Part shown: positions 61,287 to 64,000 of the stretch, piece by piece
Numbering within the stretch: position 1 is the first letter of the stretch
How the letters are laid out: every line of letters begins with the position of its first letter
Source: Terrimicrobiaceae bacterium
GTDB taxonomy: Bacteria; Verrucomicrobiota; Verrucomicrobiia; Chthoniobacterales; Terrimicrobiaceae
Direction of reading: 5' to 3'
NCBI GenBank assembly: GCA_044342325.1
Contig: JBIIPZ010000007.1
Location: 29,738-93,737, forward strand
Length of the DNA stretch: 64,000 nt
Notes under the pieces: generated by a model
Seen by the model: the letters and a program-made list of their open reading frames with translations, nothing else
Databases searched by the model: none
Told to the model about the DNA's origin: nothing
Translations under genes and position numbers: made by a program

Positions 61287-61616
61287 ATGGCTAATCCTAA
61301 TGTCACCGAACTCAACGATTCAAATTTCACCTCCTTCATCGAAGCCGCCAGCACTCCTGTCCTAGTTGACTTCTGGGCTCCTTGGTGCGCTCCCTGCCGC
61401 ATGCTTGGCCCCGTGGTGGATGAAATCGCCACCGAGAATGTCGGCAAATTCGCAATCGCCAAAGTGAATGTCGATGACGCCCCCGGCGTCTCTGCTCAAT
61501 TTGGTATTCGCAGCATCCCTTCGCTTATCTATTTCAAAGGCGGCACCAAGCGTGACCAGTCCGTTGGCGTGAGCAGCAAAGGAGACATCGTTTCCAAGCT
61601 CACGGGCTTGCTTTAA
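61287..61616 (+). CDS. trxA: Thioredoxin
   Basis: VLVDFWAPWCAPCR, KVNVD, IRSIP. Confidence 0.94.
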   Translation: MANPNVTELNDSNFTSFIEAASTPVLVDFWAPWCAPCRMLGPVVDEIATENVGKFAIAKVNVDDAPGVSAQFGIRSIPSLIYFKGGTKRDQSVGVSSKGDIVSKLTGLL

Positions 61617-61747
61617 GACTCCTGCGCCCGGACTCGCTGAAATCTCAAGCCTTTGAGTTTGGGTTTCATTGCCGAAATGGCTCGGATGTCTTTAGTTAAT
61701 CCTATCTCGCTGCATCTTGGCGCTGTGTATCTTATAGTGTCTTTGCC

Positions 61748-62182
61748 ATGCGCATAGCGGTCATAGCTGACACACACGGAATCCTGCCGGAAAAAATCCT
61801 GCCAGTGCTGAAATCGGCGGACGAGATCTGGCATTTGGGAGATTTTTGCAATCTCTCCACGCTCAGTGCCTGTCTGGAACTCGGGAAGCCTTTTTATGGC
61901 GTTCTGGGAAACAACGACTATGGGCTCGACCTGCCACTATTTCTTGAGCTGAATCGTTTTGGCAGGACATTTCATCTCATTCATATCCTGCCCCGCAGGC
62001 TGCCAGCGACAGAGTTTCTCCTATTTGGACACACTCATGTGCCACGCGACGAGCAGTTCGGCGGCTCTCGCCTGCTGAATCCCGGCACGATTGGGAAACC
62101 GAATAAAGGCTCCCCTCCAAGCTGGGCTTGGCTGGAAGTCTCAGAAAACGGCGAGGTCTCTTGGAGTCTTAATCCGCTTTAG
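61748..62182 (+). CDS. YfcE-like metallophosphoesterase
   Basis: IADTHG, HLGD, GNND, FGHTH, NPG. Confidence 0.88.
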   Translation: MRIAVIADTHGILPEKILPVLKSADEIWHLGDFCNLSTLSACLELGKPFYGVLGNNDYGLDLPLFLELNRFGRTFHLIHILPRRLPATEFLLFGHTHVPRDEQFGGSRLLNPGTIGKPNKGSPPSWAWLEVSENGEVSWSLNPL

Positions 62183-62189
62183 GCGGCTA

Positions 62190-62408
62190 TCAATGGCAGC
62201 CGCATCCGCTGCCGCAAGAAGACGGCGCCGGTGCGGACGCCTTGCCCTTTTGCATGATGCCGAGGCCGCCGCTGATGATGCGCCGCACGGGTTCGCCGGT
62301 TTCGGGATGTTGGGTGAGTGGCTTGTCGGTCATGCGTTGCTGGAACTCGAAAACCTTTGGCTCGTTTGAGCCGTCGGCCGGGATGGTTTCGTAAATGTAG
62401 GTGGTCAT
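62190..62408 (-). CDS. FmdB-like zinc-ribbon-family protein lacking core cysteines
   Basis: MTTY.YE...FE..QRM.D.PLT.HP.TG.PVRRIIS; tail SSCGSGCGCH. Confidence 0.7.
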   Translation of the reverse strand: MTTYIYETIPADGSNEPKVFEFQQRMTDKPLTQHPETGEPVRRIISGGLGIMQKGKASAPAPSSCGSGCGCH

Positions 62409-62938
62409 GGCTTGGTTTGAGATTTTTGAGGCACCTTGACGATGCGCGAGATGTCGTAGCCTTGTGAGCGGGCGGTTTCAAGCGCGGCGGTGTAGTCTTT
62501 TTCAGACATCACAGGCTCGCGGCTCATGATCCAGATCAGGCTGCGGTCGGGATAGCCGATCGTGGTGTGGCGATAATCCGGCGAGAGGTCGATGATTAGG
62601 AAGGGTGCCTTGAAGGGCCAAAAAAATTGCACGGCCCACTCGGCGTTGGTTTTTGTGTTCACCACAGTGGCGGTAGCCTTCATCTCCTGACGGGGGGCTT
62701 CGAGGGATTTTTTGTGGAATGCGTAGCGGATATCGATTTTTCCGTCGGGCCGGAGTTTGTAGATATCCATCGTGCCCACATTATTTTTTTCGACGAACCA
62801 AGGGATGGTGCCGATGACATACCAGTCGCCCATGAACTGGCTGAGGTTCACATGATCCACAGTGCGGAGGGGCGGTTGTTTGGGCATGGTGCTGCAGCCT
62901 GCGAGAGCGATGGCGGCTATGGCGAGGAGTGTTTTCAT
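62405..62938 (-). CDS. Bacterial lipocalin (Blc-like) lipoprotein
   Basis: LAGC lipobox; FMGDWYVIG, VQFFWPFK, WIMSR, QGYD. Confidence 0.88.
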   Translation of the reverse strand: MKTLLAIAAIALAGCSTMPKQPPLRTVDHVNLSQFMGDWYVIGTIPWFVEKNNVGTMDIYKLRPDGKIDIRYAFHKKSLEAPRQEMKATATVVNTKTNAEWAVQFFWPFKAPFLIIDLSPDYRHTTIGYPDRSLIWIMSREPVMSEKDYTAALETARSQGYDISRIVKVPQKSQTKP

Positions 62939-63005
62939 TTTGTAGTTCTTAAAATTGATCTTCGGTCTTCCCAAAATCAAATTCCTATTTAGTTTTCGGC
63001 CCGAC

Positions 63006-63968
63006 ATGAGTCCATTGGAATATCTCTTACAGCCGGCGATCCTTTTCTTTTTGATTGGTATCCTCGCCGTGATCGTGAAATCGGACCTCGAAATTCCGGA
63101 GTCTTTCTTAAAAGTCCTCTCCTTGTATTTGCTATTCGCTCTTGGGTTTAAGGGTGGAACCGAGCTGCAAAAGACGCCGATGTCTATGGAGGTTTTGCTG
63201 CCTTTGCTCATCGCCACGGCGGCTTCTTTTTTGATTCCGCTTATTGTTTATCCTATTGTGAGAAGGAAGTTCAGCGTGCCTGATTCGGCGGCCGTCGCGG
63301 CAACTTATGGCTCGGTGAGCGCGGTCACCTTCATGACGGCCGCATCCTACCTTGATGCGCGCCAGATTCCCTTCGGCGGCTACATGGTGGCGGCACTGGC
63401 CTTGATGGAGAGCCCCGCGATTTTAACCGGCCTTGTGCTGGCGAGATGGAACGACACCAACGCCGGCAAAAATCGACTATCCTGGGCGAGCGTCCTTCAC
63501 GAGTGCCTGGCCAACAAATCTGTTCTCATCCTGATCTGCAGTCTTCTTGCGGGAATGGTGACTCCGGCATCCGGCGCGAAGGCTCTTCAGCCTTTTGTGA
63601 GCGACCTTTTCCCGGGCATGCTCTGTTTTTTCCTGTTGGATCTCGGCTTGGTCGCCGCGCGGCGCATTGCGGATTTGCGCGCTGGGGGCATTTTCTCCGT
63701 CGCCTTTGCGCTGGCCTTTCCGATCATTTCCGGTGGTTGCGCTCTCCTCATCGCCTACTTCTGTGGATTCAAAGAGGGGGATGCGTTTCTTTTTGCGATT
63801 CTGTGCGCGAGCGGATCCTACATCGCCGTCCCTGCTGCCTTCCGGGCCGCGCTTCCGGCTGCGAATCCAAGTGTTTATGTCGGGCTTGCCCTCGGGGTCA
63901 CCTTTCCCTTTAACCTTCTCATTGGTATTCCTCTTGCCTATACCATCGTGCACAGTGCCTGGCACTGA
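63006..63968 (+). CDS. sbtA: Sodium-dependent bicarbonate transporter SbtA family
   Basis: KSDLEIP, YLL..LGFKGG, TYGSVSAVTF, MESPAI, SYIAVPAA, TFPFNL.IGIPL. Confidence 0.9.
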   Translation: MSPLEYLLQPAILFFLIGILAVIVKSDLEIPESFLKVLSLYLLFALGFKGGTELQKTPMSMEVLLPLLIATAASFLIPLIVYPIVRRKFSVPDSAAVAATYGSVSAVTFMTAASYLDARQIPFGGYMVAALALMESPAILTGLVLARWNDTNAGKNRLSWASVLHECLANKSVLILICSLLAGMVTPASGAKALQPFVSDLFPGMLCFFLLDLGLVAARRIADLRAGGIFSVAFALAFPIISGGCALLIAYFCGFKEGDAFLFAILCASGSYIAVPAAFRAALPAANPSVYVGLALGVTFPFNLLIGIPLAYTIVHSAWH

Positions 63969-64000
63969 TCACCAACCCCAGTCCTGATCTATTTATGAAA

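Overview
A GC-rich bacterial chromosome segment made up mostly of housekeeping genes. It is probably from Verrucomicrobiota; this is an inference from gene content and order (kdsA-lptCAB-hprK-HPr-EI, stand-alone SWIB protein, RpoA starting MPVRLGRFEMP), not from a database search. About 60 CDSs and one tRNA-Ser(CGA) are supported. They include purQ/purS, lnt, LPS transport and regulatory PTS genes, glgB, mpl, argG/D/F/S, mdh, a Fur-sufCBD operon, tig-clpP-clpX, selO, rpoA-rplQ, kdsB, rmuC, an MCP and sbtA. I saw no mobile elements, prophage or CRISPR array. The best leads are: (1) an overlapping unit of an atypical ClpX paralogue, a catalytically degenerate class III nucleotide cyclase and an RfaE-II adenylyltransferase; (2) an isolated FlgN-like gene with a consensus sigma54 promoter beside an FlhF with broken GTPase motifs; (3) many sigma70-like promoters only 6-12 nt before start codons; (4) two small ORFs missing from the ORF track; (5) two repeat proteins and an FG-GAP protein whose CBM-like domain appears split; (6) orphan nuoD and a detached rpoA-rplQ with a structured leader. 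All calls come from reading motifs by eye; no searches or folding programs were run.
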